A stretch of 64,000 nt of DNA from an uncultured delta proteobacterium (GTDB lineage Bacteria > Desulfobacterota > Binatia > UBA9968), in assembly GCA_963847445.1 (NCBI GenBank), contig CAWJZV010000004.1:128001-192000 (forward strand), given 5' to 3'. Position numbers and translations under genes: made by a program. The notes beneath the pieces were generated by a model that did not search any database, was not told the origin of the DNA, and saw nothing but the letters and a program-made list of their open reading frames with translations. Each line of letters starts with the position of its first letter. The first letter of the stretch is position 1. Shown here in pieces: positions 50,713-61,202 of this stretch.

Positions 50713-51804
50713 CTATCTCAATCCGATTCCCCGAACACCTGCCAGCGTTGCGCCGGCAGCTCGACGGCCGCCTGCTGTCCGACGCTCACCTCCGTGTCGC
50801 CGGCGAGCTTGGCGAGCAGCGTCACGCCGTTCACTTCCACTTCCAAAAGCGATGCAGTCGCCGAGATAATTTTTACTGGTCACTTTGCCGACGGTGTTGG
50901 CGACAGCCGTCACTACGCGCTGCGGCAACTTGCGACATGCTCGGGCCGGATCGCCAAGGTCACGGCGGCACCGGCATTGATACCATTCGGCACCGCCACG
51001 GCGATCGCGCCCAACGGCGACGCCACTCGATCCTTCGCCGCCGACAGTGCCTTTGACGAAATTCATCTCGCCGACGAACTGCGCAACAAACAGACTTGCC
51101 GGCTTTTCGTAAACATCGTGCGGCGGGGCGATTTGAAGAATCTCGCCGGCGTTCATCACGCAGACGCGGTCGCCGAGACTCAAAGCTTCGGCCTGATCGT
51201 GGGTAACGTAGAGCGTGGTCACGCCGATCGACTTGGTGATTTTTCGCAATTCCACGCGCATCTGTTCGCGCAAGCGCGCGTCGAGATTGCTCAGCGGCTC
51301 ATCCATCAAGAGAATCTTCGGCTCGGTCACCATGGCGCGCGCCATCGCGACGCGCTGCTGCTGGCCGCCGCTCAAATCCGTCGCCGGCCGCTCGCCGAGG
51401 CCGTCGAGCTGGACGCGCTTGAGCGCTTTCTCGACGCGATCGGCAACGTCTGTCTTGGAATGGCGCGTGCGCCCCTGGGTTAATGGAAAGGCGACATTTT
51501 GAAACACGTTCATGTGCGGCCAGATGGCGTAGGATTGAAACACCATGCCGAGTTCGCGCCGCTCGGTCGCGACAAAAACGCGCCGCGCCGGCGAATTGAC
51601 CAGCTTGCCGGCGATCTCGATCTCGCCGCCGTCGGGCCGCTCCAACCCGGCGACGCAGCGCAAGGTCGTCGTCTTGCCGCAACCGCTCGGCCCGAGCAAA
51701 ACACAAAACTCGCCCTCGGCGACTTCCAGGTCAATGGATCTCAGGGCATCGACGCGCCCTTGTTGCGCGTGGAAAGATTTTTGCAAAGCACGGATGCTAA
51801 TCAC
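50713..51804 (-). CDS. ABC transporter ATP-binding protein (FbpC type); frameshifts in C-terminal TOBE region
   Basis: [31 protein letters not shown]. Confidence 0.9.
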   Translation of the reverse strand: MISIRALQKSFHAQQGRVDALRSIDLEVAEGEFCVLLGPSGCGKTTTLRCVAGLERPDGGEIEIAGKLVNSPARRVFVATERRELGMVFQSYAIWPHMNVFQNVAFPLTQGRTRHSKTDVADRVEKALKRVQLDGLGERPATDLSGGQQQRVAMARAMVTEPKILLMDEPLSNLDARLREQMRVELRKITKSIGVTTLYVTHDQAEALSLGDRVCVMNAGEILQIAPPHDVYEKPASLFVAQFVGEMNFVKGTVGGEGSSGVAVGRDRRGGAEWYQCRCRRDLGDPARACRKLPQRVVTAVANTVGKVTSKNYLGDCIAFGSGSERRDAARQARRRHGGERRTAGGRRAAGATLAGVRGIGLR

Positions 51805-51823
51805 TGGTCCTCACTGGCGTTCG

Positions 51824-51918
51824 GAATTACAAATTACAGATTCCAAATTCCAAATCCTTCGAACTACCGTCACGCCTTAAGTATCCCATCTGGAATCTGG
51901 AATATTGAATTTGGAATC
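51824..51918. repeat. Inverted heptamer tandem arrays
   Basis: GAATTAC AAATTAC AGATTCC AAATTCC ... ATCTGGA ATCTGGA ATATTGA ATTTGGA. Confidence 0.75.
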
Positions 51919-53694
51919 GCGTAGCGCTCGCGCTATGATGGCGGCGCCGATCTCGCCGATGCGCGATAGTATCAAGCGCACTGCGCCGACGACGATTGCG
52001 GCGAAAAGAATCAAAATCACGCCCAGCGCGGCCACTTGCGGCACCCAGCCGCTGCCCCAAAACTGCCACACCACTGTGGAAATCACGACGTTATTGCGCG
52101 TGTAGAGCGTCAACGCCATGGTCACCTCGCGATACGACAACATGCCGATCCAGACCCAGCTGTTGAGCACGCCGGCGGCGATTAACGGCAGCACAATCTT
52201 CCACAAAACCCGTGGCGACGACGCGCCGGCGACTCGGCCCGCCTCTTCGAGCTCGCGATGGACTTGGATCATCACGCTATTGGTCGTGCGTGTGCCGTAA
52301 GCAACCCAATTGATGGTGTGCGCGACGATAATGATCAGGACCGTGCCATAGATCGGAAAGATGTCGCGATAGGCCAGGCCCAAGTAAGCCAGGCCCACCG
52401 CCATCAAAATTCCCGGCACGGCATGGGGAACGAATGCCAGGGTATCGAGCCAGCCGCGAAACGATACTTGCGTACGAATCACCACCCAGGAAACCAGCAC
52501 GCTGAGAACCATCGTCAGCGTCGGCACCGCCAACATCAATATCAAAGTATTGATAAACGGCTGCAGGCCGACATGCTGAGGGATCTCCCAGTAGTGCTTC
52601 AGCGTCATGCTGGCAACTGCCTCTGCGCTCGGCAATTGCAGGTATGGCAAGACTGAGGCCCACAACAAAACGGCGAAGGGAACAAAAACTTCGATGCACA
52701 GATAAAAGAAAACAAAAGCGATCGCCGCCCATTTCCAGGATCCGAGGGCGATCTCCCGCGGGCGATAGCCTCTGCCCGTGATGACCGTATACTTCTTTCC
52801 TTGCTTGACCAGCCGGACGTACAGGTAGGCGAGCACCAGCCCGAGCAAGAGCATGATCGCGCCATACGCACCCGCCATGCCGTAATCCGGCAAGCCGGTG
52901 GACGGCGTCGTCGAGGTAAAAATGAGCGAGCTGAGAACGTGAATACGCGCCGGCATACCGATGATGGCCGGCACTTCAAAGACCGCAATGGCGGTCATAA
53001 ACAAGTACACCATCACGCCGGCAATGGCCGGGAAAGTGATCGGAATATTGATTTTCAGAAACGTCCTGAGCTTGCCGACCCCCGAGGTGTACGCCGCTTC
53101 TTCCAACGAGGGGTCCATCGATCGATAGGCGGCGGCCAACATGAAGAACGCGCCGGGAACGAAAGATATGCCTTGGACGAAGGCCATGCCGGTTACGCTG
53201 TACAGATTAAACGGCGGCTCGCTTAGGGTAAAGAGTTGTTGCAGCCACTTGTTGATCAAGCCGATCCTCGGACTGAGCAGCAAGATCCACGCGATGGTGC
53301 GGAGAAAGACCGGGATGAGAATGCCGATCGTGAGCAAGACGTAAATGGTTTTTTTGAACGGTATGTCCGTCCGCATGAGAATCCACACGAGCGGCACCGT
53401 AATCAGCAGCGTGATCGATACGCTGGATACCGCGAAGTAAAAGGTGTTCAACAAAACCTCATAGGTTCGCGGTTCCAAGTAAACGGCAGAAAAATTTTCC
53501 AGCGTGAATGGAACAGTCTCGCCCGGAAAGCCGGTGCGAAGACTCATGAGAATGACCATCGACACCGGCAGCCCGATGAGCAGCAACAAAAACCCCGAAA
53601 GACCGGTGGCGAACACCGTGACACCCTGGGGCAGGAACCGGCTCCATCCTTCCCAGGGGGTCACGGTCGATTCGCTGCGGGATTCGACTTTCAT
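51877..53694 (-). CDS. ABC transporter permease (FbpB type); exact 3' end uncertain
   Basis: SLEEAA and ELEEAG EAA loops; TGRGYRP linker; paralogue of 4430-6125. Confidence 0.9.
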   Translation of the reverse strand: MKVESRSESTVTPWEGWSRFLPQGVTVFATGLSGFLLLLIGLPVSMVILMSLRTGFPGETVPFTLENFSAVYLEPRTYEVLLNTFYFAVSSVSITLLITVPLVWILMRTDIPFKKTIYVLLTIGILIPVFLRTIAWILLLSPRIGLINKWLQQLFTLSEPPFNLYSVTGMAFVQGISFVPGAFFMLAAAYRSMDPSLEEAAYTSGVGKLRTFLKINIPITFPAIAGVMVYLFMTAIAVFEVPAIIGMPARIHVLSSLIFTSTTPSTGLPDYGMAGAYGAIMLLLGLVLAYLYVRLVKQGKKYTVITGRGYRPREIALGSWKWAAIAFVFFYLCIEVFVPFAVLLWASVLPYLQLPSAEAVASMTLKHYWEIPQHVGLQPFINTLILMLAVPTLTMVLSVLVSWVVIRTQVSFRGWLDTLAFVPHAVPGILMAVGLAYLGLAYRDIFPIYGTVLIIIVAHTINWVAYGTRTTNSVMIQVHRELEEAGRVAGASSPRVLWKIVLPLIAAGVLNSWVWIGMLSYREVTMALTLYTRNNVVISTVVWQFWGSGWVPQVAALGVILILFAAIVVGAVRLILSRIGEIGAAIIARALRDSKFNIPDSRWDT

Positions 53695-53729
53695 AACTCT
53701 CCTTCCGGCGGGCGAGCGCGGCAGAGTTC

Positions 53730-54761
53730 TCAATCAAAGCCGAGGAGCTTGCCGATTTGGCGCGAAATTTTGTCCACCTTGTCGGCTTGGTCTTGTTTCA
53801 TGTAAATCACCTGCTTGCCCTGGACGAATTTGTAAGCCGCGGTTCCAGGCACATAGGCGGAAGTATGACCGGTATACTTCAACCACGCCGGTTGAACTTC
53901 CGCGGAAGCCATAAAGGCCACCATAAGATGGCCGACGTTTGGGTGCGGCGCATTCTTTATCACTCCAACGTGATATTCAGGCGAGACCACCGGAGAAACC
54001 TTCTCGGCGAATGCCAACGGCGCGCCGGATTCTTTCGCTTCGTGCAGCTGGCTGTCTTGCAGGGTCGCCGACACCAGCACTTCGCCCAAGATCAATCGCT
54101 GGGCCATTTCTCCGGCACGGGTTAGAAGCGGCTTTTGCGCGACCAGTTTCTTGATGAAATCGAGGGTTTTTTCGTCACCCCAGGCGCCTGCGGCTAAACG
54201 CCCAAAGTGGTGCGTCGAGTTGATAACACCGAGCTTGCCCTTCCATTTCGGATCGAGCAGATCCTCCCATTTTTGCGGCACATCCTTAGCGGCAACCAGC
54301 TTGGTGTTATAGGTCGGCAAGGCAAACTGGTTGGCGACGGAAACGGTACCACTGTCATATTCGACCCGCTGCTTGTCGACGCCGAGGCTGGTGTAATCGA
54401 AGGTCTTGTGCAACTTTCGCAGCCACAGCGAGCCATGATGCGCGTCCGTGACGACCATGATGTCCCATTCCGGCGGTTGTCCGGACGCCGACAGGCCGAC
54501 GACCTTCGCCGTATCCCGCGTCATGTTCCCGGAAGGTGTAAAGTTTACTTTGACGTTTAATCCGTACTTTTTGTTGAAGGCGGAAACGATCGCTTGGGCG
54601 CCCTCAGGACCGAGGGTGGAAGGGCCGTAAAACTCGATAGTGCCTTCCTTTTTGGCGCCCGCGACCAAGTCTTCCAGGGGGCCAGCCTGCGCGGCAGATC
54701 CCCACGGCAGCAGCGCCATAAACGCGATTAGACCAACTCTTAGAATTAGATTTTTCTTCAT
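53730..54761 (-). CDS. Extracellular solute-binding protein (Fe/thiamine-type)
   Basis: Signal peptide, AKKEG, WEDLLDPKWKG, APHPN; AGGAGG RBS. Confidence 0.88.
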   Translation of the reverse strand: MKKNLILRVGLIAFMALLPWGSAAQAGPLEDLVAGAKKEGTIEFYGPSTLGPEGAQAIVSAFNKKYGLNVKVNFTPSGNMTRDTAKVVGLSASGQPPEWDIMVVTDAHHGSLWLRKLHKTFDYTSLGVDKQRVEYDSGTVSVANQFALPTYNTKLVAAKDVPQKWEDLLDPKWKGKLGVINSTHHFGRLAAGAWGDEKTLDFIKKLVAQKPLLTRAGEMAQRLILGEVLVSATLQDSQLHEAKESGAPLAFAEKVSPVVSPEYHVGVIKNAPHPNVGHLMVAFMASAEVQPAWLKYTGHTSAYVPGTAAYKFVQGKQVIYMKQDQADKVDKISRQIGKLLGFD

Positions 54762-54932
54762 CTCTAGAACCTCCTTTGAAAACTTTCCACGAAGCCGAGT
54801 CGATACCGCCAAAACTGACTGCGCCACTCTGCCATTGTAAAATTCTAAGTCAACGGCATGGGTATTATTTATGATTGTCGCGCCAGCGTCTTAACTACAA
54901 ACGGCATTATGTGCTGATTTCGCTAGATACCC

Positions 54933-55814
54933 TCATTTGGTTGCGTCCCGATAAAAACTCTCGTCATAATACCTCGCCAACTCTTGCCCCATCGGCGGCG
55001 TAAGCTTGAAAAGAACGCGCAGATCGAGGACGCACTTCAAGCCCGGCAGATGCAGCGCACCGCTTTTCGGTAGCTGCGCCAATTTGTGCGCCGCCGCTTT
55101 TTCATCGAGCTTTTCTGCCGCGGCGACGATCGCCAGCACTTCCGCGCGATTGTTCACGTCGAGCGCGAAACGCAATGCGCGGTTCCAAGCGCTGAGAAAT
55201 TTGACCAGCAACGGGCGATTCTCCGCAGCCCACTGGCGGCCGACGGCAAACACGCCGCCGGGATAATCCGGCAGCACCGCGCGATGATCGGCGAAGCGCA
55301 CCATGCCCGCCGCCGCGGCTTTGGCATCCCAAGGCGCATTGAGCACGCCGGCGAAGGTTTCACATTTGATCATCGAATCGAGACGAAAACCGGTGGTGCC
55401 CTTGGCGATCAGCGAATAGTCGCCGCGCGCCATTTCCAAGCCGTGCGCCAACAGCACGCGGCGCAAGACCAAGGCAAAGGCGGTATCGACCGCGTCAACC
55501 GCCAACGCTTTGCCGCGCAGACCTTCCCAGTCCTTAATCTCCGGGCGAACGTAAATCGGCAACGTTCCACCTTCCGACACTCGCGCGATCGCGACAAACT
55601 CCGCCCCCTCGCGTCCCGACCAGCCGAGCACGTTGTCGAACGCCGTAGACACGATCTGCCATGAATTTTTTCCCAGACCGCGCATCTGATCGGTCGAGTT
55701 CGGCGTGACGATGACGTCGACATCGAGCCCGTCCGCGGCAAAGAACCCCTGCGCCCGTCCCACGGCAAGCGCGGCATCGACGTTAAAGACATTTATGAGT
55801 AATTGTTCAGACAT
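54933..55814 (-). CDS. NMT1/TauA-type substrate-binding-like protein (no obvious signal peptide)
   Basis: GFFAADGLDV, LRGKALAVD, YYDESF; C-terminal part of ORF 54933-57125. Confidence 0.7.
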   Translation of the reverse strand: MSEQLLINVFNVDAALAVGRAQGFFAADGLDVDVIVTPNSTDQMRGLGKNSWQIVSTAFDNVLGWSGREGAEFVAIARVSEGGTLPIYVRPEIKDWEGLRGKALAVDAVDTAFALVLRRVLLAHGLEMARGDYSLIAKGTTGFRLDSMIKCETFAGVLNAPWDAKAAAAGMVRFADHRAVLPDYPGGVFAVGRQWAAENRPLLVKFLSAWNRALRFALDVNNRAEVLAIVAAAEKLDEKAAAHKLAQLPKSGALHLPGLKCVLDLRVLFKLTPPMGQELARYYDESFYRDATK

Positions 55815-55867
55815 GAGAGTTTCCGCTATTTTGCGCCCTTTGCGTTCCTTGCGGCCATTTTCCTCTG

Positions 55868-57068
55868 CTACGGTATCTTCGGCCCGGTGTACTCCAGCAC
55901 GTACAGTCCGCCCTTGATTCGATCGGTCACATAAATCAAGCCCATCGGTATCGACGTAAAGATCGTTGAACATCGGTGCCTTTTGTCCTTCCGGCGCCGG
56001 CGGGATGAAGTAGCCGACTTCCTCCGGTCGATACTGATTGCGGATGTCGAACACGCGCAGGCCGGCGTTGTAGTAAGTGACGAAGATAATATTTTCACTC
56101 TGAAACGAGCCCGGCCGGTTCTCATGGACGTTATGCGGGCCGAAGCGCAGACCGCGGCTGCAGAAGTCGCCCTGCGGCACCGGGCAGGTGCTGACGATCA
56201 CCGGATTTCTCTCCTCGCGAACATCGATCAGCCATACCCGCTTCTCGCCTTCCTGGCAGTCGTACTTCACCGACTCGTCGACGGCGACGACGAGCTTTCG
56301 TCCTGGCAGCGGCAAGGTCGTGTGCGCGTAACCGCCAAAGGGCGGGCTCCAGTCGATGTGACTGATCGTCTTCGGCTTGCTGATGTCGGAGATATCGAGG
56401 ATCGCCATGCCGGCATCGACCAGCGCCACATAGGCACGGTCGCCGTGGGGAATCGCCCCATGGACATAGAAATGTTCGCCGGCGAACGGCGTCCAATCCG
56501 CCGGCGTCGATTCGCCTTCCTTGGTGCCGGGTATCCACCAGCGCCCAGCCTCTTTCGGATCGGTCGGATTGGAAATATCCGCGATCAAATACGCCCGCTC
56601 CTCAATGCCGGGCAGGTAGGCCCCGACATGGGCGTACTTGCCGTCGCTGAACCACATGCGATGCACGCCCTTGCCGGCCAGCTTCAACCGGCCGATCTCG
56701 CGCGGCTGGGTCGGATTCTCGATGCTGTAAACATTGATGCCCGCCTCGTTGGGCACGCTATCGGCAACCGACTTGTCGAAGTAGGGCCGTTCTTGATTCT
56801 GGATCAGAATGTCGCCGACGATCTGCACCTTATGGGAATGGGTATTCGCCGCGTGGGGCATCTGCGTGATCAAACGCGGCTCGGTGGGATCGGCGACGTC
56901 GAGAATGCTCAGCGCCATCGGCGAGGTGCCAAGGTGCGCCAGGTAAACATAGCGGCCATGCTTGACTAACTGCATGCCATCGCCGTGGCCATGCAAATCG
57001 TGATGGCCGATCACCCGCATATTAAAGCATTCGCTGTTGGCTTGGATCGCGTCAATTTCAGCGCGCAT
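55868..57068 (-). CDS. LVIVD-repeat beta-propeller protein, His-rich; frameshift near 55940
   Basis: Repeated ILDVADP/IADISNP/ILDISD/LIDVR blades; C-terminus LIYVTDRIKGGLYVLEYTG in ORF 55868-56125; AGGAG RBS. Confidence 0.8.
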
Positions 57069-57231
57069 GACTTGCTCCTGTGCAACCACGTTGAGAGGCT
57101 GCGTCCATATAATGGAGCGCCTCATGGCTTGTCAATGTGCTTTCTCTCCGAGTGCGTTCACTCCTAGTAGCGAGGGCGTAGCCGAAAATGCTAAATACAG
57201 CCAACTTGCGGTTCCGTCTTAGGAGTCGACG

Positions 57232-58203
57232 ATGAAGAAACTTTTCCTACTATTCGTCCTGTTCGGCCTAGCGCCGTTGGCCGGCGCCCAGACCAAACGC
57301 ATCGCCGTCGCCTACAGCGCCGTCAGCGCCACCCAGTCGTCGTTCTTCGTCACCAAAGAGGCCGGCATTTTCGAAAAGCACGGTTTGTACGTCGATCCCG
57401 TCTACGTCGCCAGCGGAACGAAAGTGGCGCAAGCGGTCATCGCCGGCGAATTTCCCGTGGCGCTGGCCGGCGGCACCGTGGTCAACGCGACGCTCGCCGG
57501 CGGCGATATCGTCATCATCGGCGGTCTGGTCAACGTGCCGTCGTTCTACGTCTATGTCCATCCATCGGTCAAACGGCCGGAAGATTTGAAAGGCAAAGCC
57601 ATCGGCATCACCACCTACGGCTCGTCCACCGATTTCTCCATCCGCTATTTAATAAAGAAATGGGGCATGGAGCCCGACCGCGATATCAAAGTTTTGCAAA
57701 TGGGCGGCCAGCCGCAGATCGTCGCCGCCATGGTCGGCGGCAGCGTCCAAGGCGGCGTGCTGTCATCGCCGGCCAATTATCGAGCGGCCAAGGCCGGCTT
57801 TCAGCTGCTCACCGATTTCAAAAAAGTCGGCCTCGACTATCCCACAGTCAGTCTGGTGTCGACCAGGTCGTTTATCAAGAAAGATCCGCAGACCGTGCGC
57901 CGCTTCATGATGGCCTATAGCGAAGGCGTCGAGCGGCTCTACCGCGACAAAGAGTTCACCATGAAAGTCATCGGCAAGTACACCAAAACCGACGACCGCG
58001 AAGGTTTGGAATCGGCCTACGGCTTCGCGACGACGTTCATCGAACGGCCGCCGCATCTGCCCTACAAGGCGGTCGAGACGATTTTGGCGCAACTCGGTGA
58101 GAAGGATCCGAAAGCACGCGAAGCCAAGCCGGAAGATTTCATCGATCCGACCTTTTACAACGAGATGGAAAAATCCGGTTTCTTCAAAACCATCGCGCGC
58201 TGA
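57232..58203 (+). CDS. ABC substrate-binding protein, NMT1/TauA type
   Basis: Signal peptide, GIFEKHGL, DLKGKAIG, GSSTD, FIDPTF. Confidence 0.88.
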   Translation: MKKLFLLFVLFGLAPLAGAQTKRIAVAYSAVSATQSSFFVTKEAGIFEKHGLYVDPVYVASGTKVAQAVIAGEFPVALAGGTVVNATLAGGDIVIIGGLVNVPSFYVYVHPSVKRPEDLKGKAIGITTYGSSTDFSIRYLIKKWGMEPDRDIKVLQMGGQPQIVAAMVGGSVQGGVLSSPANYRAAKAGFQLLTDFKKVGLDYPTVSLVSTRSFIKKDPQTVRRFMMAYSEGVERLYRDKEFTMKVIGKYTKTDDREGLESAYGFATTFIERPPHLPYKAVETILAQLGEKDPKAREAKPEDFIDPTFYNEMEKSGFFKTIAR

Positions 58204-58252
58204 AGCCGTAAAGAAGGAACCCGGCAACAAATAGTTTGCAACCAACCGCTTC

Positions 58253-58357
58253 ATCCCGAGGACACGAAGAGCACGAAGTTCGGACTTGATTATTTTCCGA
58301 AACCTTCGTGTCCGGAGCCTGTCCTGAGCGCAGCCGAAGGATGCCTTCGTGGTGAGA
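58253..58357. repeat. CACGAAG-type palindromic element with a nested 25-nt insert
   Basis: CACGAAGAGCACGAAGTTCGGA ... TCCGAAACCTTCGTGTCC[..GCCTGTCCTGAGCGCAGCCGAAGGA]TGCCTTCGTGGTGAG. Confidence 0.8.
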
Positions 58358-58391
58358 ATGGTGCTCCGTAAACCTGCAAGCTACACGTAAG

Positions 58392-59436
58392 ATGAAAGCC
58401 ATCGTCATCAGACAGTTCGGCGCTCCCGAAGTCATGCGCCTCGAGGATGTCGCCGAGCCCAAAGCCGCGCCCGGCGAAATCGTCATCAAAGTCCACTCGG
58501 TGTCGGTCAACCGCACCCTCGATTGCGTCGTGCGTGCCGGCAATTATCCGGTGACCATCGAGATGCCCCATGTCCTCGGCGTCGATCCGGCCGGGAGAAG
58601 TGGTCGAAGTCGGCAGCGGCGTCACCCACTTCAAAATCGGCGATCGCGTCGCAACGATTTCGATCATCCGCTGTGGCCAGTGCAAGCAATGCGCGCGCGG
58701 CCTCGAAGCCAATTGTCTCGCGAGCCAGCATATCGGTCTGCATCGCTGGGGCGGCTACGCCGAATATGTCGCCGTACCCGAGCGCAACGCCTTCAAGATC
58801 GCGGACAACTTGACCTACGCCGAAGGCACCGTCATCACCCGCCACTATCCGATGGCGTTCAACCTGCTCACCGGCAAGACTCAGGTCCAAGCCGGCGAAT
58901 GGGTTTTGGTCATGGGCGCCACCGGCGCGCTCGGTAGTTGCTGCGTCCAGGTGGCGAAAATGTTCGGCGCCAGAGTGATCGCCGCCGCCGGCGCCGATGA
59001 GAGAGTCCAACTGGCGATGAAGAGCGGCGCAGACTTCGGCATCAACTATCGCTCTCGAGATCTCGCCAAAACGGTAATGCAGCTCACCGACGGCGACGGC
59101 GTCGACATCGTCTGCGAGAGCATCGCCGACCCGACCTTGTGGCCTGGCGCGTTCAATAGCCTCGCCATCGGCGGCCGCATGGTCACCGCCGGCGCCCACG
59201 GCGGCGGCAACGTGATGTTGGACGCCAAGCGCTTGTACCAGCGCCGCATCAGCATCCTCGGCGCCGCCGGCACCAATCCGCCTGACGTGGAGCAAGCCTT
59301 AGAAGCCGCTCACGCCGGCAAGATCAGAGCGATTCCCCACCGCAAAATGGCTTTAAGCCAAGCCCCTGAGGCGCACCGCATCGTTGAGAGCAATCAGATC
59401 ATCGGCAAGATAATTCTGGAACCGGGGAATAATTAG
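58392..59436 (+). CDS. Zinc-binding MDR alcohol dehydrogenase / quinone oxidoreductase; frameshift near 58595
   Basis: MKAIVI..FGAPEV, CGQCKQC..C structural Zn, GATGALG, GKIIL. Confidence 0.88.
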
Positions 59437-59441
59437 GATTG

Positions 59442-59574
59442 CTCCCGCCAAGGCGCAACGACGCCAAGTTCGGAATCGTTGTCATTTCGACCGAAGGGAG
59501 AAATCTTTCCTAGATCCCTCACATTCGTTCGGGATGACGGGCATCGGCCCGTCACCGTTGCGCCTTTGCGGGAG
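59442..59574. repeat. CGCAAAG-type palindromic element with a nested GTCAT...ATGAC palindrome
   Basis: CTCCCGCCAAGGCGCAACG..AAGTTCGGA [GTCATTTCGACCGAAGGGAGAAATCT..AGATCCCTCACATTCGTTCGGGATGAC] CGTTGCGCCTTTGCGGGAG. Confidence 0.8.
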
Positions 59575-59654
59575 ATAAATCCGACTCCCCACTGCGTTTA
59601 CAGCACGCAAGTCAACATGCTAAACACCAAGTAAAGCAATCGTAGGAGGAAACC

Positions 59655-60497
59655 ATGGCCCAGATCGTTTCGATCATCGGTATCACGCACAATCCGTTCA
59701 TGCCGCGCCTGTTCAAACAGCCGCAGCAGCCGCCCGGCGCCGCCAAAGTCAAAGAACGCATCGCCATGATGCGCCAGAAGCTTGCCGAGGCCAAAGTCGA
59801 CGTGCTCGTGTGCATCGGCAACGATCATCTGCATCAATTTTTCATGGACAACATGCCGGCGTTCATGATCGGCAAGATGGAACAGTACGACGGCACGTTT
59901 TACGACGAGGAGCGCGAGTTCGGATTGCCGAAGTGCAAGCTCCAGGGCGACCTCGACGTCTCCGACGCCATCATGGAGGGCGCCTTCGACCGCGGCGTCG
60001 ATTTTTCCTATTCGAACGAATTGACCATCGACCACTCGATCGTCGTGCCGATGATGTTCGTCCGCCCCGAGATGGATATCCCGATCGTGCCGATCTTGAC
60101 CAACTGCATCGCCCCGCCGATGCCGCGAGCAAAACGCTACTTCGAGGTCGGCAAAGCGCTGCGCGCCGCCATCGACAGCCTGCCGACCAACAAGCGCATC
60201 GGCGTGCTCGTCAGCGGCCATCTATCCCTGGAAATCGGCGGCCCGAAAATGTTCGAGCCCAAACTCACCGATCCCAACTTCGACGCCAACGCGGTGGGCT
60301 GGATCGTCAACGGCAACATCGACGCCGCCACCGAAGCCTGCGCCCCTGACAAAATGATTGGCTACGGCAACATGACCACCGGTTATTTGAATTTCATCAT
60401 GATGATGGGCCTCGCCAATCTGGCTAAGCCCTCCTACGCCGAAGGCTTGGATGCTGGATTTCCAGCGATCCCGTTTTTCAGTTGGGATGCATCGTAG
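59655..60497 (+). CDS. Extradiol ring-cleavage dioxygenase class III beta subunit (LigB-like)
   Basis: ITHNP, GNDHL, IDHSIVVP, PIVPI, GKALR, SGHLS. Confidence 0.82.
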   Translation: MAQIVSIIGITHNPFMPRLFKQPQQPPGAAKVKERIAMMRQKLAEAKVDVLVCIGNDHLHQFFMDNMPAFMIGKMEQYDGTFYDEEREFGLPKCKLQGDLDVSDAIMEGAFDRGVDFSYSNELTIDHSIVVPMMFVRPEMDIPIVPILTNCIAPPMPRAKRYFEVGKALRAAIDSLPTNKRIGVLVSGHLSLEIGGPKMFEPKLTDPNFDANAVGWIVNGNIDAATEACAPDKMIGYGNMTTGYLNFIMMMGLANLAKPSYAEGLDAGFPAIPFFSWDAS

Positions 60498-60631
60498 CTC
60501 AGACTTCGCAAGCAAAGGAAATGCGGAGTCAACAACCCAGCCCCTAATCCTAGGTGCACGGAACAATTGCGCAGCGTAGTTCTGCCTCTCCCTCGAGTGC
60601 AGGACCCAGGGAGCAAGAAGGGAGGTTATTT

Positions 60632-61093
60632 CTGCAAATCGACAAAATTTCACAGCGGGTTTCCGGAAAATGCGTATCTCACGTTGAGGCACGCGAAGAC
60701 GAACGGCTTGCCATTCATTTCGTGGATGGCTCTGTGCTCCTTATCAAGCGGCTGGGACAGGAACTCGCCATAGACTTTGAATCTCAAGACGGTGCCAACG
60801 AGTGCGCCGCTGCCCTTTCGCCGACCTCACGCCAACGCGAGTACCTCGAGTTCATCAAAAAGTATATGCTCCGATTTGGCATCTCTCCGGCGGAATCCGA
60901 CATTCAGCGGCACTTTCTCGTGTCTGCGCCCTCCGTCAATTCGATGGTCCAGGCACTCGAGCGACATGGCTTTATCGTGCGGCAGCGCGGAATGCCGCGG
61001 TCGATACGTCTGGTTGACGCCACTGACTGCGCGGTCTGTGGCGGTATTCACCATTTGATGGCCGCGAACCCCGGAGGGATAACACGCCGATGA
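60632..61093 (+). CDS. Protein with LexA/MarR-like winged-HTH domain; start uncertain
   Basis: TSRQREYLEFI..SPAESDIQRHFLVSAPSVNSMV..LERHGFI..RSIRL; AAGGGAGGT RBS before CTG 60632. Confidence 0.65.
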   Translation: MQIDKISQRVSGKCVSHVEAREDERLAIHFVDGSVLLIKRLGQELAIDFESQDGANECAAALSPTSRQREYLEFIKKYMLRFGISPAESDIQRHFLVSAPSVNSMVQALERHGFIVRQRGMPRSIRLVDATDCAVCGGIHHLMAANPGGITRR

Positions 61094-61202
61094 ACCCGCC
61101 GGCACGATTCTCTCACACTACAACAGCGAAATGCATTGACACTACCTTATGGGAGTTGAATTGATCGCCATTGGCGCTTGGACATTGTTGAAGGCTTAGC
61201 GG

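Noticed and set aside
54933-57125. LVIVD-NMT1 fusion (730-aa ORF)
   Set aside because: The last propeller blade and stop lie in another frame (55868), and the apparent linker is an intergenic repeat.
60554-61093. Full LexA repressor
   Set aside because: Only the winged-HTH region matches; there is no C-terminal S24 peptidase domain.
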